From the NCBI GenBank assembly GCA_030141605.1, contig JAQGDQ010000196.1, forward strand, positions 248,001-312,000: a stretch of DNA of 64,000 nucleotides. The letters run 5' to 3'. Position 1 is the stretch's first letter. Every line of letters starts with the position of its first letter. The notes beneath the pieces are model-generated. The model was not told the DNA's origin, did no database searches, and saw only the letters and a program-made list of their open reading frames with translations. Source of the stretch: Tubiluchus corallicola. Taxonomy: Eukaryota; Animalia; Priapulida. This document shows, one piece after another, positions 14,331 to 27,881 of this stretch. The position numbers and the translations under genes were made by a program.

Positions 14331-17300
14331 ATGTAAACTTTTGTGGACCATTTGTGGTATTGGACTCTGGTTTTTTTATTTATCTATGCGTTTTCAAATC
14401 ATGCAGTAATTTTTCTCAAATCGAGTTGTACCGATTTTGAACTCATTGCCTGCATATGTTGATCGTAACTGCACAAAATATTAAGTTATTTAAAAGCCGC
14501 TTATATAAATTTAAATAAATAAAGTTACCTTACATAAATTCCTTGTCCTCAATAGACACATGCTAGCAGTTAATCTCTTTGTGTCTTTACCACACTCTTG
14601 TAAATATTTTATTTGTATGTTTTTCCAACGTGTTTTATATATATTGTTTTTATTATAGACTGTATTTTACTATTGGGTGTGAATAAAATAAAATAAATAA
14701 ATAAGATACCAAACGCAGAGGTCGGTTAGCTGTCTGTAGGTTCTGAGCTACGTCTCTTTATTTTGATACTTTCTAAATCTGTGTATTCAATATGCTTGCG
14801 GCTACAACGTTTTGCTACAAGTATGCATTCACCCGCTTTATGTTCTGCCGTTTCTACTCGTCCTTGTACGGAAACGGTTGTTCACATTGAAATAGAATCA
14901 CCAAAGTTGTATATGAAATTAAGCTTCTCTTGTACATTAAAAACTGAAATTTTTCTACAGCACTATCTTCTTGTGACTTTGCATGATTTTCTGCGTTTTG
15001 GATCGACCTCTTTTACGATGTCCTTTGCATTATTTGTAGGCGCGCTACGTCAGTAGAAGTTTGAGGAAAGTAGTTGAGAACCGTGATTATTTAGAATGTA
15101 TAGTAACCACACATGTTACACTGACACACAGCCGTAGTTCATTGTATTGTTTTCTCAGTAGCAGTTGCTCAAATTTTCATGTTAAACCAGGAGTCTCACC
15201 TGCATGGTTTTAGGAACGTAATGATCTTAAGTGTGTAAGATTTTCTTATTAATTGTAAATATTTACTTGAAATTTTATTTGTTTCTTCCTCTGAGTAGAT
15301 GAGTGAATTGCAATAAATTTATTTAATTTATTGTGTGTAGATGTTTGGTTTATAGGTCCTAGATATTTTAGTGTTTTGCCGTAACCGTAATATAGGCCGC
15401 TTAGCGGTGAAGGCCTACACTAACAGGTGTGAATTGTCGTTATTATAAACAAAGGATTCGCCACTGTCAACGAGACGTAAATATTGTCTTGTTTACCACA
15501 TTGCTCACGTATCTACAAAGTACAAATACTAGCGAAAGAGCGCTTGATTTGTTGTTTCTAATTTACCTGCGTCCTGCAGCAAAGACTGGCTCACAGGTTT
15601 GAGAATGTTTATTCAGATTATTTCCTTAGCTTATTGGCTGATATGTATTATCAAGCTCAAAATTGAATGGTATACATAATAAGCTTATAAATTTAATTGC
15701 AATCGTCCATTTATAATAATTAATAGGTTGCTTGATGAGTGAAACTCAATGGTAAATGAAAAGCAACAGACCTGCGCTTTTTTACTGTACAATCACCGTC
15801 TTCTTTTAAGTGAGAATTTCGCCAGTTTCCGCTTGATTTCTTCAGTTTTGTTTTCATCTTTAAGCCATTCGGTTTACTTTTGAACAAAATAAAGGGGTTA
15901 ACCCTGCGTTTGTTTGCTTTTCCCATGTTTACATTATTGTGCAGTGTTTACTTTTCGCTCATCTCATTACCGCTATCTCTGTAAAACTTTTTCAATTTTT
16001 CATATCGTCCGTACAGTCATTGTAACCATGTGAAGTGAATTAAACTTGAACGTGTACAATGAAACTGAAAATTTCTGAACATTTGAACCGTCCCTTGAGT
16101 TTATTCTGTGCTGCTGTGAAGCATATTCTGTTGATGATGGCAGAAGGTGCCTAGAAACAACAAGATTTTTTTAAAAAAATTAAACATTGGCAATGGTTTA
16201 TCCTGATACTTCATTAATCCGGCGTTACATTTTTAATCCCGCCTGATTGTTTCATATTATGTTCTGTTCGAATAATTGCTCTTTGGAGAACTTGTGTCAT
16301 ATGGGGACAGTCGACTTGCTGTGTCAGCGTAAAACCGAAAGTAACAAAATATTTTCCATGAACCAATCATTTCAAACAAAAACAAGTTTTATGACTTATC
16401 ACCAAAACGCCAACACATTTGTTAACGTGCTCACTTGGATGATTCCTTGCTCAGTCTGATCCAGTGTTTGTTCCTCTTAATCTTAGCAATTTGTAAGCAT
16501 CCATTCTGCTAAAAATTCTAACTGAGGTTCGAACAAACTGAGGGGTAATCTCCGGTAATTTCAAGTCTGTAAGTTGTCGCAGCCGGTATATGTTGTTATA
16601 AAAATTGAATGATATTAGAGACAGGTTAAGAGAAAAGAATTCACGAGCTCTTCTAATACTTTGGTTCTCCTCAAGCATCAAAGAATTTTCTTTAGTTTTG
16701 AGCAAAAACTAAAACCATGGCCAATTTTATCAATACTTTACATCGCATGCGTGAGCATTTTTGATAAGTTAGTGATTAGAAACCAGTGGCAGTTGTGCGC
16801 AGTTTTTGTATTCATTTACTCAAAGCATATCGGAGCGCTTGAAGCGCCATTATTAATGAATATTGATGCTGTAAGTTAACATGATTGTTTCGTATGAAAG
16901 GTCCAGGTGCTACTTGGAGTAAGCCAAGGTCATTTTTCTTACAATCTTGACAAGATCATAAGATGGGCACATTTACTTTGACGCCTAATAAAACTCATTC
17001 TATATTTGTCTGAGAAATTTTACTATCCTTTCATTCTTTTCGCTTTTCATTCCTGGTCTAGGCCTTGGATAAACTTATTGTGAAAATGCAGTTAAACTCT
17101 TGCTAAAAGATTAAAAAATTCTTTTGCAAAACGTCTCTTGTATCTATTGCACATCAGAAACGATTCTGTTAAACTCAAACCATGTCGAATTGACGATGTT
17201 TAATATTTTATTCTGTGGTATTTGTAAAGTTTTCGAATGCTCCTTTATGATGGCTGCTAGCTTGCATTTTGCTGAAAAGTGTTTTAATTTGACATAAATT

Positions 17301-17338
17301 TTCACGGACATGAGTCTTGTGTGTGAGTCTTTGAGCCA

Positions 17339-17605
17339 GTGAATAACTCGGTGAGTCAGTCGGCAAGTGAACATAAAACTGCAAGGGCTCACATTAACAG
17401 CAAACACTAGGTCCTTATGGTCCAGCATCACCTTATCTGTGTGTCTCAAAAGTAATGTGTACAAGTGAGTAATTAGCACCGATTAACTCACTGAGCATTA
17501 ATCTAAAAAGTGAGTAACTCAGTGAGTCAATCAGTTAGTGGACACAAAACTTCAAGAGGCTCACTACACTAATGTAAACGGGTGAGTGGCTCAGTGAGTC
17601 AGTTT
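17339..17605. repeat. Degenerate tandem duplication (~170-bp spacing) rich in GTGAGT(C/A)A
   Basis: taactc(g/a)gtgagtca...aaaact(g/t)caag..gctcac at ~17344 and ~17516, with a third partial copy at ~17585. Confidence 0.6.
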
Positions 17606-20059
17606 CTTTGTGGCATCATAAAAGCCATGAAATTCATTCTAAATTGAATGTTCAGCAAGAGGTTCACAACACGTCTCCTTTATCGAGCGGTCGTTTCTTG
17701 TAAATAATGGACTTTACATATACTGATTAACAATGAAGGTTTTTACAAGATTTAGTGTTGGCTTTACTAAGTAAGTTCTAGCAGGAGACTGGTTTATTGT
17801 TTCAAACCCTGTTCATTACCGTGTTGGCCAACATGCTGCTGTTGAAAAGATGAAAACGGTCAACCTTTCAACCGAATCAAGTTAGGGAATTCTCTTTGAT
17901 GATCTGCAATGCAACAGTTGACCTCGTGGTACAGTGAAATTATTACGAAGAGAAACATAAGGCAAAGCGTAAATATTTTAATATTCTTCATGTGATCTTT
18001 TTGACTTTTCTCTCATTTTTCTGCACCTGTAATCACTCCACACCTGTCTATAGGTAACACTAGCTGAAAGACATCAACCAAGAACAAATTGAATTGCTTT
18101 ATCAAATACTTGTTGAAAGTCAAGAGGTGTTTGATTCAAAGATTTTCTATAGACGTTAAAGAATGAGTTTTCCTTGAGACGGTATTACAGTTCATTCAAA
18201 GTAAAATCCACAGTTGAACATTACTAGGTGTTATTCAAAGTTTAATTGATCGATAACTCTAGATTCTAAAGATTCTTACAGCTTGTAAACGCCTATTGCT
18301 TATAATCATATGTAAAACAAGGTGTGGCACAAAAACTAATCACACCCCTCCAATCATATCCACCCTTGTTTTGCGGGTGCACAGATGTGCCACCAGCTGT
18401 GGTCGATAATGAAGATGGACTGATAAATCTGGTGCTCAAAAATAGATGATTTGATGGATAAGAGAATGTCAAACTAGATTAAATTGGACACGCAACAAGT
18501 CAGAGTTTTTAGATTTGTGCACTTGCAGTATATAAAAACTGAGCAACTGGTGTTTCTTTCAACAAGTTATGTTTTGCTATATTACAGAATTATGTTTATT
18601 TTATTCTTAGCGTTTATTGATCTGATATGTTTATTTTGCAGATGCTAAAACTGTGCACAGCATTACTAAGTTTTAACTGCTAGGTGGATTTATTTGTTAT
18701 TTTCTTTCCGTAATTGCAAAATATTTTTCGAATTTTTGATGTTATTTTATTCTGCAGTATAAAAATAAGATAAACTGCTATTTCTTTGATGTTTTCTACC
18801 AGTCTGGCTTGTCGGAATTAAGAAAAAGTTATGTAATATGGCAAAATAAGACGTGATTTATTTCGTAATATTCCAGTTTTTCTAAAAAAAAAGTTAATTA
18901 TAACAATGTGGTTGAATTATCCGAGCAATTTTTATAGAATTCAGCATTAGCATACACGTTTTACATCTTTTTATGGCAGAAAGCTGGTGTATGTTACCTG
19001 ATTTTAACATTCTCTTATGTAATATCTATGCGCATCTATGAAATACGTTGTTATTTTTGTACGTTTAATGGAAACTTTGGCATTATACGTAAATACCAGT
19101 TATAAAATAAAGTTTACGTGTTTCCAGGGCGAGCACGATCTTTGTTTTGAACATGTTTTTCCAAAGTTTGTTTCGGGTCGTCCAATGACTACATTTACAA
19201 GATTTAGAACACGAATTTTTTAATGAGTTATTCTTTGTCCCTTTGTATCAACGTGGCTACAAAGCTGCATATGTTCTTTGGTTTCCACATGTCATTAGAA
19301 TAATGTGCTCTTCGCCCTTGCCACGTATTGGGCTGAATTTCGTCAATTGCTGTCAACATTTTTATCTTCGCCATCTGACTTTTTTCTCCTAACTTTAGAG
19401 TTGTAGAGTTATTTTCACATCTGATTGAAACTGTATAGTAAGAGTTGCTGTGATTCGTCTAAACGTTTTTATAAACGACTGCACAGTCAAAGCATCACAT
19501 CATTTTTGTATACAGTTATTTTTTTGCTAACTTTTCATCTTATCATGCGTGCTACTGCATGTCTACTCGTGTGCATTACCTGTGAAAGCTTTTCATTTTA
19601 CTCCTTGATAATGTACAGATAGCCATGCACCTGGTTACACACCTGTCCCACAGGATTTTGAATGGCAGACCACCTCTGTCTGGTTTGACTATAAGAATAA
19701 TGTGCCACTCTGACACTATTGCAAGCTTTTGAGTATTTAGGTTCAAGACTTTCTTATGCTGATATTCAGAATGTTTTTTACACAGTATTAAATTGAGGTT
19801 ATTCTAAATCGTATGTGTTTTACATTGTTAGATTATTAAATCTATATATTTATAATCATAAAATTTAGATTTCAAACTAGTTGACAATGTTTCTGATGTG
19901 GTCAGAAACTGAAGATTTTGCAAACAATACAGTCAGTAGTTACAGAATTGGGCATTGAAAAGACACCAGCCTCTTCTTTTAAAGTTCTAACATTATTTTA
20001 TTGAATTCAGTTTGCTTGAATGCATAGGAACTGCACTTCATAATGAAATGGCAACTTGT

Positions 20060-20850
20060 AACATTTTAACCTGTGACCCAGGAGTCAGAGGTCCACCAAT
20101 TTTGGCATAACTGATACCATTCAGTTTATCTCTTTGAGACATTTCATTTGATATACTACATCATACTATTCCTAGACACCCAATGTATTCCTGTTCCTGA
20201 CCCCCATTTTTCAGTTTTTGCCTCCTAGCGGAAAATTTCCCATCCCTCTAAGTGCCCCATATTCTGCCATACCCAGGAACTTGGCAACACCTAACCATAT
20301 ACCAGATATTATGGCCCCAGCTCAAAAACTGTCGGAGAAGATAGATCCTAAAGAAAAATAAATGAAGACCCACCCGCTCCATGACCTTTGACCCAGCAAC
20401 TCCGGTCACATGTATACATAGTTCCCTTTGCCCAGAGAGTGTACCCTGTGAATTTGGTGTTCCTGCCCCTAAGCATGTAAAAGGACACCAAATGGCAGCC
20501 CCAAATTTTGCATTGTGGCCCTTCCCTCGGGCGTTTATAGCTTGTCAGCTTTTTGAAACCCCAGTTCCATATCTACCCCACAGTACCCAAATACTTGTGA
20601 AAAAGAATTGCAAAAAACCGAAAGCCCTAAGAGGAATTATGTCTTAAAGGAAAAACTGACCGATGCCTACTGCCCTTTCCCCTTGACCAAAGGTCAGTGG
20701 TTCCCTGCCCAGAGCTACCAAACCTGTGAGTTTGGTGACCCTATCTAACAAAGGTTTAAGAGTTGTTAAGCATTTAAGTTGCAGAGAATAAATAAGAATA
20801 AATAACTCAATGAAAATCAGTAAGATTTTGCTATAGCTAAATCTTAATAA
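20060..20850 (+). mobile_element. Non-autonomous repeat with a terminal hairpin (Helitron/Helentron-like)
   Basis: Higher-GC island with TGACCTTTGACC motifs, an (AATAA)n-like tract, then hairpin TAAGATTTtgctatagctAAATCTTA at 20821-20846. Confidence 0.4.
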
Positions 20851-21010
20851 TTATCAGGAACCAATAAAAGCTCAAAATTGATTACAAAAAATAATTAGTT
20901 ATTTTTTAAATTATTTATTATTATTTATATAATTTAAAAATAACTAGTCCAGCAAAACTAATACTTACGAAAGTTGGATTGACTGGTGAGCTATTAACAA
21001 GTTTAAGGCG

Positions 21011-21066
21011 CACCTTGATCACAAGTTAATCATCTTGATCACAAGTTGATCACCTTAATCACAAGT
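21011..21066. repeat. 20-bp tandem repeat, ~3 copies
   Basis: caccttgatcacaagttaat / catcttgatcacaagttgat / caccttaatcacaagt. Confidence 0.85.
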
Positions 21067-23189
21067 CTAGATGTTCTAATGGTCACTGCATTCGACTTAT
21101 AATCTGAAGGTCCCTGTTTCAATCCTGACTATTTTGCATTACCTTTCGGATAAGTTTGTTTTCAAAAATGTAATAAAGCTGTATAGGTTCATTTTATCAT
21201 TGTGGATTCTCGTATACTGACACAGTTTGCAGTTTTATGTGCATAGTGTGCGCTAAACATTTTACATAGACGCTCAAATAAATTTGATTTATCCACCTAT
21301 TAAAGAAAATTAACGAACTAAGTAACAGCACTGTCTCTTAGTTTCTTTAAAGTTTTTAAATCATTGATTTCTATGTAGTGCAATAGTTCAGTTACAAAGC
21401 ATCTTTCCCTGACTGACTATATTTTTTATTACCACTTTTACTCCAATTTGTCTGTTTCTGTACTTCTTTACAGAACAGGAACGTCTTTGTTAATTTTTCT
21501 TCTCCAGTTTTCTTATTGGTTTTTCTTCCGTCTGAAATCGAGTTTGTGTATTTGTCTATTCATTGCCTTCCTCGGGCGGATGAATACAATCACTGTCCAT
21601 CTCATAACAACCGAACTTATTGTCTAGGGAAGACTTATCTGGTCTTAATAAAACTTGATCATTTTTGTAAACATTCGATGTGTTTAGACTTGTAGAACAC
21701 ACAATCTTTACCAGAACCTAAGAACTGCACTTAGCTGTGCGCTATTAATTATTGTTTCTGTGAAGTAGCTGATATATTTGAAATACCATGGTACTACTAA
21801 TAGACCTGTTAACATAAAAGTACATCAATAATCACTCTGCTATGGAGCCTGTAAAAGGTCGATCAGGAAAATGTGTTAATAATAATTGCCATTATTGTAC
21901 ATAATTGTTGTAGATATTACAGGTTTATTGTTAAAAGAGTGAGTCTTCTGGTATCTCCAATGAGAAAACTTAAACAGATAATTAAGGTATCTGGTTCAAT
22001 GATAATTAGATAAACATTGCTCTGCTATGAGAATAAATCCAATTTGTTGAAGTATAATAAGAAACTGTCAAGTGTTATTAATGGTGTGACTAGTCAGTTG
22101 AAGTAGGACTTTTCTTGTACGAATCAACGTTAAAAACTTTTAAAAGGGATTGTGCGTAGTCATATAAGAGAATCTCAGACCTTTTGCTTACTTTTTAAAA
22201 ATATAGCTTCCTTACTATTTTCCAGGAAATTGCAGTCTGGTGAAGCAAAAAGCTCCGCTTTTGATTGTCGATCTTGATTGGCACCACGCACTTGAAAAAT
22301 CATCATTCAATTTAAGACAGCCACCCACATTGTTAAAACGGGTCACTAAACATGAAGGGTACAAGAGTTTATTTTTACTTTTAATCACCTGTTTTCCAGT
22401 TTGTAATAAGCACTACACTGAAACCTGCAATAGAATTAAAACGTTTATTAGGTGACAGTGCAGAAAAAAATTCATGGAAGGTTAGTATTTATCTACAAAA
22501 CAATTTACCTGGTAGCTGTATATCCTGATTAAACCCGCGTTTACAGTTAATTCGTCGTGTGAGAATTCCTTAAAGCTAAAATTTATATTTGTATCGTCTA
22601 TATGTAGCTTTATATCCAGAAATAAAAAGTAATGGAATGAGGAATTTTACACAAATACTTGTATCTAGAATGCTAGAGGGTTTCATTATCTACTCAAATA
22701 AAATATTAATTAAATTTATAGCGTTTCATCATAGAGGATTATCCTCGATAATGAACTGTGTTACAGTCCTTCCACAACCATCTTTTAAATAGGTCTTTCC
22801 TTTAATTCTGGATCCCGGCATGCATAAAAAGGTACACTTAACTGTTTGCCATTGTACAAATTAGTAAATTACAGTCACATTAGAATTAAATTGACAATGT
22901 TAAGAGACTTGGGAAGTCTTCCCTATTGCATTACATTGCCGTTAGCGCGTTTAGATTGACACTGGATAAGTGCACGTTTAATGAGTTCACATTCTTTGAC
23001 CAGTTTCTAAAGGAGGACCACCTTGCATGAAAACCCACTCCGTCATCATCTTTGCGTCTCCTGCCGCCCACAGTTCTACATTCCTGCATGAAACGTGTGA
23101 TAATAAATTACCTCTCAGCACATCACGTATAGTTGTTGCAGTAAAGATATAAATTTTATAGTTTTAATAACAATGACAACATCATGTTA

Positions 23190-23434
23190 CATCAGCAACA
23201 ACAACAACAATCTTTATGCATTTATTTCAACAGATAACATGTCTGTTACACTTAAGGCTTTTATCACTCACACACAGAAAATAAAACCTTATTAACCCTT
23301 ACTAATCCTTTTATGCTTATTAACATACACTAGACAGGGCAACAGCAAGTATAACTTTTAAAATTCGTTGATTTGATTAGCTGCAGTATCGAACCCACAA
23401 CCTTCCAGCTGGAAAACATGCACATTTCTACTAG
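23190..23434 (-). mobile_element. tRNA-derived SINE remnant
   Basis: Minus strand has a B-box-like GGTTCGATAC near the 5' end (~23385-23394) and a (TTG)n simple-repeat tail near 23195-23210. Confidence 0.45.
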
Positions 23435-26264
23435 ATTTAACTTTTACCTAACCAACATTTCAGCTTCCTCCTTGATTATCCAACTTGTTGGTGCCAGAAC
23501 TTAGTCCACTCACCGCAGGTGTGGGCCATTTGAAGTCATATACCCAGGCCCTGAATAACGCTTTTGATTAAATACATTTTAGCCACAAGTACAACACGTA
23601 ACAAACCTTTTTATTATTATGTAGAACGTATTTCAGACTACAGTAATCATGTTCTGCTGGTTTGACACTTTACTGGTTACAAATAGTATTGAAATTTTAG
23701 TTGCAACTGCAAGTACATCGAGGTTACCAGTCTTGGGCACTCATGTGATGATTTTTAAATGATTGATTTTTTAATAACACGAGTATTATATTGTTTTGCT
23801 ATGTGATACAGAGCTATATATTTTATATAAAATGATAAACAAAGTCGGTGCCACCAGTCACTTCAAAGAAGTTCAATAAACGTCTGTAAAACTGCTTAAT
23901 GTTTAAATACTACTTATTTTAAGTTTTTCCATGAAGTAGCTGTAATCGAAAGCAGTTTTGTGATACCTGGCGACACCTGGCTCAAATCCAGGCAGTATCA
24001 AACTTTTTATGTATTTCGAAAATTTGTCAATGTGTCTGTTTAATTACTTTAAATTGCTTTAATCATAAAAGTCTTAATGATAATGCGGCGCACCATAATT
24101 ATCGGTAGTAATTGTAATATATATTTTGTATTTTTTCTAAAACACGATTACAAGAGTTTTAGTGCTTGAAGCAAGTTTTTCGTAGTTACTGTGGAAAATC
24201 CGCTTTTTAGACTAGTTTTTCTCCCGGGTTGTTTTTTTCCATTTTGTTTGGGTAAAGCTGGTCCGCGTTACCATAATACAGGTTTGTATAACTTTTACGC
24301 CTGCAGTCAGATGTGATGTGTTTTTATGTACGAGGTTTATGTAAATGACAAAAGCCAGGTTTTAGACGCCTCTAATCTCGAATAGAGGGTAGCTGCTGTG
24401 TGTGAACCCAACGTTAGACTTGTTAAGAGGCAAGTTTACTGTCTGCCGAATCATGACTGATTGCATAGGAAATTCCACGGGTATTGAAAAATTAACTACA
24501 GTATTGTCAGTTTAAAGGAACGAAAATTGTCAAGCTGTCAGAGTTATGAAAACAGTTTCGGTCTCGTCTAGAAGACTTTGTCCTGTGCTCATATAACGAC
24601 CGCTATCGTGTACAGTCCAGTCAACTTGGCTAAACAAAGCTACTTAGTGGGGTGGACAGGTGAAAATGTTGAATATAAATCCAGAAATATTGCTTTCTTG
24701 TAACTCGTTTAGTGATAGGAGTACTAGTTCTTTACAAACGTGTAAGGCTCTAGTTAAAAAAGAAATTTTCTGGTAGAGAATGCCGAAGATAAAAGGCCCG
24801 AGTGAAATACTGGATTTATAAATGCAGTTATTCTCTATTTAGGAATGTCCAGTGTAAAAGTACAAGAAACAGCAAAAAATGACTACTGTGAGCAAATTGT
24901 TCCTTTTAAGAACAAATCACGAGACATCCTGAGACAATCTTCCCTTAAATTGTAATTTAATTATTTTTTAGACAATTTTATCCGACTTGTGCCCATACGT
25001 AATGTATTTGTATCAATAGAAAACGTTTCTGAATAAGTCTATTTAATTTATGCTTACTTTGTTTAGTCTGTACATGTGAAGTTTAAATAATAACTTGGCT
25101 GAAGTAGTTTTGCTAAATAAAATACATTTTTTGGAGAGCTTTTACTGGTTGAAAGCTGTTCAAGCAAAGTTTTGATTGGTTTACACGAATAATAGGATGA
25201 ATACATTAGTGCTGGGAGCATTGTACCTAAACCTTTGATTGTACACGATAAGAGTTTTAAACTCTCTTGTCCAGTCGCACTTATAACTAACAAAGCCAGA
25301 CAGGTAGTCCATTAAGCACCGTCCACACACCTACAACACCTAAGCTTACCTCACCTGACGACTAATTAGTAATATTGGTCATGACAGGTAAGGTGAATGA
25401 GTTCCTAATACGTAGCTAATTGTTGATCACTTGCAGAATAGGATATTAGATAGTGTTTGTTTTTCATAATTATTCCTGTTGAATCATTGTTTTCAGTTGT
25501 CTTGCGTTGTTTGATTTAGATCAAGTAGGAATTTCAGTGTAGGCAATTAGGTAAATTATAATTATGTACATCATTGTTAATTAACCCACCAAATGATGTT
25601 GATTTTTTCATATCGCGTGCGTTTCGGCAACTAGCACTACTGTGTATTTGAGTTTATCTTACAAAACTTACACAATATTTATAGGCCTATAATTTATAGA
25701 ATAACATTATACTTTTGCGATATTGAGTTATTCGAACTCAAGCAGCGCTGAGACAGCGAACTATTTAATTTCACTATTAACGCATATATAGTGAATAAAT
25801 TTGACCTTTGATTTGTAAATTCTATAATTGTAATGATTTTGTTACTGAGATAAAAGTTTAGCAACACTAAATAATTGTAGTTACAGCAGTTTTGTTTACT
25901 GTATGTATGTTACAATTTAATAAAATAAGTCAAGCATTTATTATGTCAAAAATATTTACAACTTCTTTGTTAGTACTGCTATATTGCCTGAAGTCATTTT
26001 CTCAGCAACTGATTTCATGTGTGATAGTAGAAAGTGTTGTGGTGTTTTATTTAATCATTTACTCTTCATTGCGTTTACATAAACACTGCTGAGTCAGTTG
26101 TGGACAGTAATGCCATAAAGTATGTTGATCTGTTTTCATGTTTCTCTCCGTCTCTCCCCTTTCCCTCCCTCCCCCCCCTCTCTCTCTCTTTCCTCCCCTA
26201 TTTTCATTTACAAAGTGCATATATCAAATAGCGCTATTTGATATCAGACGTCAATCTGCCTCTA

Positions 26265-26332
26265 GTAAACAAACACCTTTTTCTGTTGACTTGCTCTGTT
26301 GGGAAGTTTGCTTACTTCGTTTCCATGGCAAC
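26265..26332 (+). promoter_or_regulatory. Forkhead motif (GTAAACAAACA, 26265-26275) plus RFX X-box (GTTTCCATGGCAAC, 26319-26332) upstream of RAB23
   Basis: Near-palindromic 14-bp X-box ~1.5 kb upstream of the RAB23 ATG, with an adjacent forkhead core. Confidence 0.55.
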
Positions 26333-27848
26333 TAATAGCGCGGTTAGTGATAGGAAAAGGTTTCATTATTTACTGGATCGATTGTTCATGCATCTGTATT
26401 ATTGCTTCTGATCAATACAATTCAATTAATAACTGTTCCTGCTGCAGTTCTTATAATCAATCAGCTCAAAACTAAGCAAGAATTATTGGGCGATTAATCC
26501 ACATTCAATTATGTACCCATTTGGTATGTCCAAAGTTTCTAGAGATTGTCAGGTTTACCTTGTCAAGGAAAAAAGCAAGAAAAATAACTTTCTCATAATA
26601 AAAGGCAATAATAATATGACTCATTTATAGTTTATGAATGTTAAGTGATTTTTAGAATTCAAAAAGATAATTTAAACAGTGCAACTGTGCATTTAAGTTC
26701 TGCTTTTTTCTGAACAAAAATAAATTAATATTTTTAATAAATAATTTCATATAGTCACTAAAACAAGTGGCATCGTAACTATGTACTTTTTTATCAAAGG
26801 TACCTACATCAAAGGTGCTATACACATTTTGTTTGTCACTTGTAGGCTTACATGTGTGCAATTTCCTAATAAAATGTAGCTTAGGTCTGTTTGGTTTATT
26901 AGCTCTCATGCATTTTTAAGTGCACATGTTGATTGCTTTCCATTCTGCTATAGAGGTATAAAGTCTATAATAGACTTTTTTATATTTCTTTAATTCTACA
27001 GACCTTGGTGCAAGCTAGCTGGGAACTTGGGGCCCATCATAATTGTTCTCAGTTGGGCCCCACATCTCCTAAGCCCGGCCTTGTTTATTATATCATTATT
27101 GCTTTCATATATCTGCAACTTTTTCTTTTTTCTAAATACAGCATTTCAGTTTTTACTGTAACTATGTTGCTCCTTACACTGACCGTGGGCTATTTATCAA
27201 CCAAAACACACTAGACCTTTATATTAAATTTCTGTTACTCTGTGGTTATATCACAATTTGGCCCTTTCTTTTTCTCATTACAGAAAAAAGGGAGTTGATA
27301 AATTTGAAGGCCACTTTGGGCCTATCAGTATTCACCAGATGTTACATTCACAATCAGAAGTGTGAACTTCTGTTGAATTTTCTGTTTTTCCTTACCCATC
27401 TTTGAAATAAGTTTTCAACTAGCCATAATTTATGGGCTGTAGGGATTGTTGAATTAAATCAATTATTTATTTCAGGTTTCCAACAGGTTATATAAATAGA
27501 ATTAGCAAAACACTCCTATATCTTCACCTGCCAGAGATGCAGTGTAGTTCTTCAGTTGGCCATGCTACCACGTGGAGCCTGTCATATCCTGTTTATACAC
27601 AGAATCCAGAAAATAATGAAAAGTGACACAAACTTTAGGTACTAACGGGAGTGGTCTTAGCAGACCTCCTTGAAGGACCTCGACTCATCATTTTTGTTTT
27701 TTCGCAGGTTGGCGAAGATGACTGCAGACAGGATTTACAATTGAATTTTGTGCTTGAACTTTTACCGGGCCTCGGGGCAAGGCCGGTCAGCCACTTTCTG
27801 CAATCTCACACTTGAGTTTAAGCATTGAAACTCAATGCGGTAAAAGTG

Positions 27849-27881
27849 ATGAGGGAGGAAGAGATAGAGACTGCCATTAAG
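27849..27881 (+). CDS. RAB23: RAB23 coding exon 1 ([11 protein letters not shown]); the exon probably begins at 27708
   Basis: Resembles the RAB23 N-terminus MLEEDMEVAIK; in-frame stop upstream; donor AAG|gtttgg. Confidence 0.88.

Noticed and set aside
21011-21066. CRISPR-like appearance of short repeats
   Set aside because: Head-to-tail 20-mers with no spacers, in a eukaryotic genome.
21068-21130. tRNA gene candidates (also 2166-2240, 23380-23434, 23935-24000)
   Set aside because: Only decayed A/B-box-like motifs with no complete cloverleaf; better explained as SINE heads.
5400-27700. Many 60-110 aa ORFs listed in the track for this interval
   Set aside because: Composition typical of random AT-rich ORFs, often with non-ATG starts; no motifs or exon chains.
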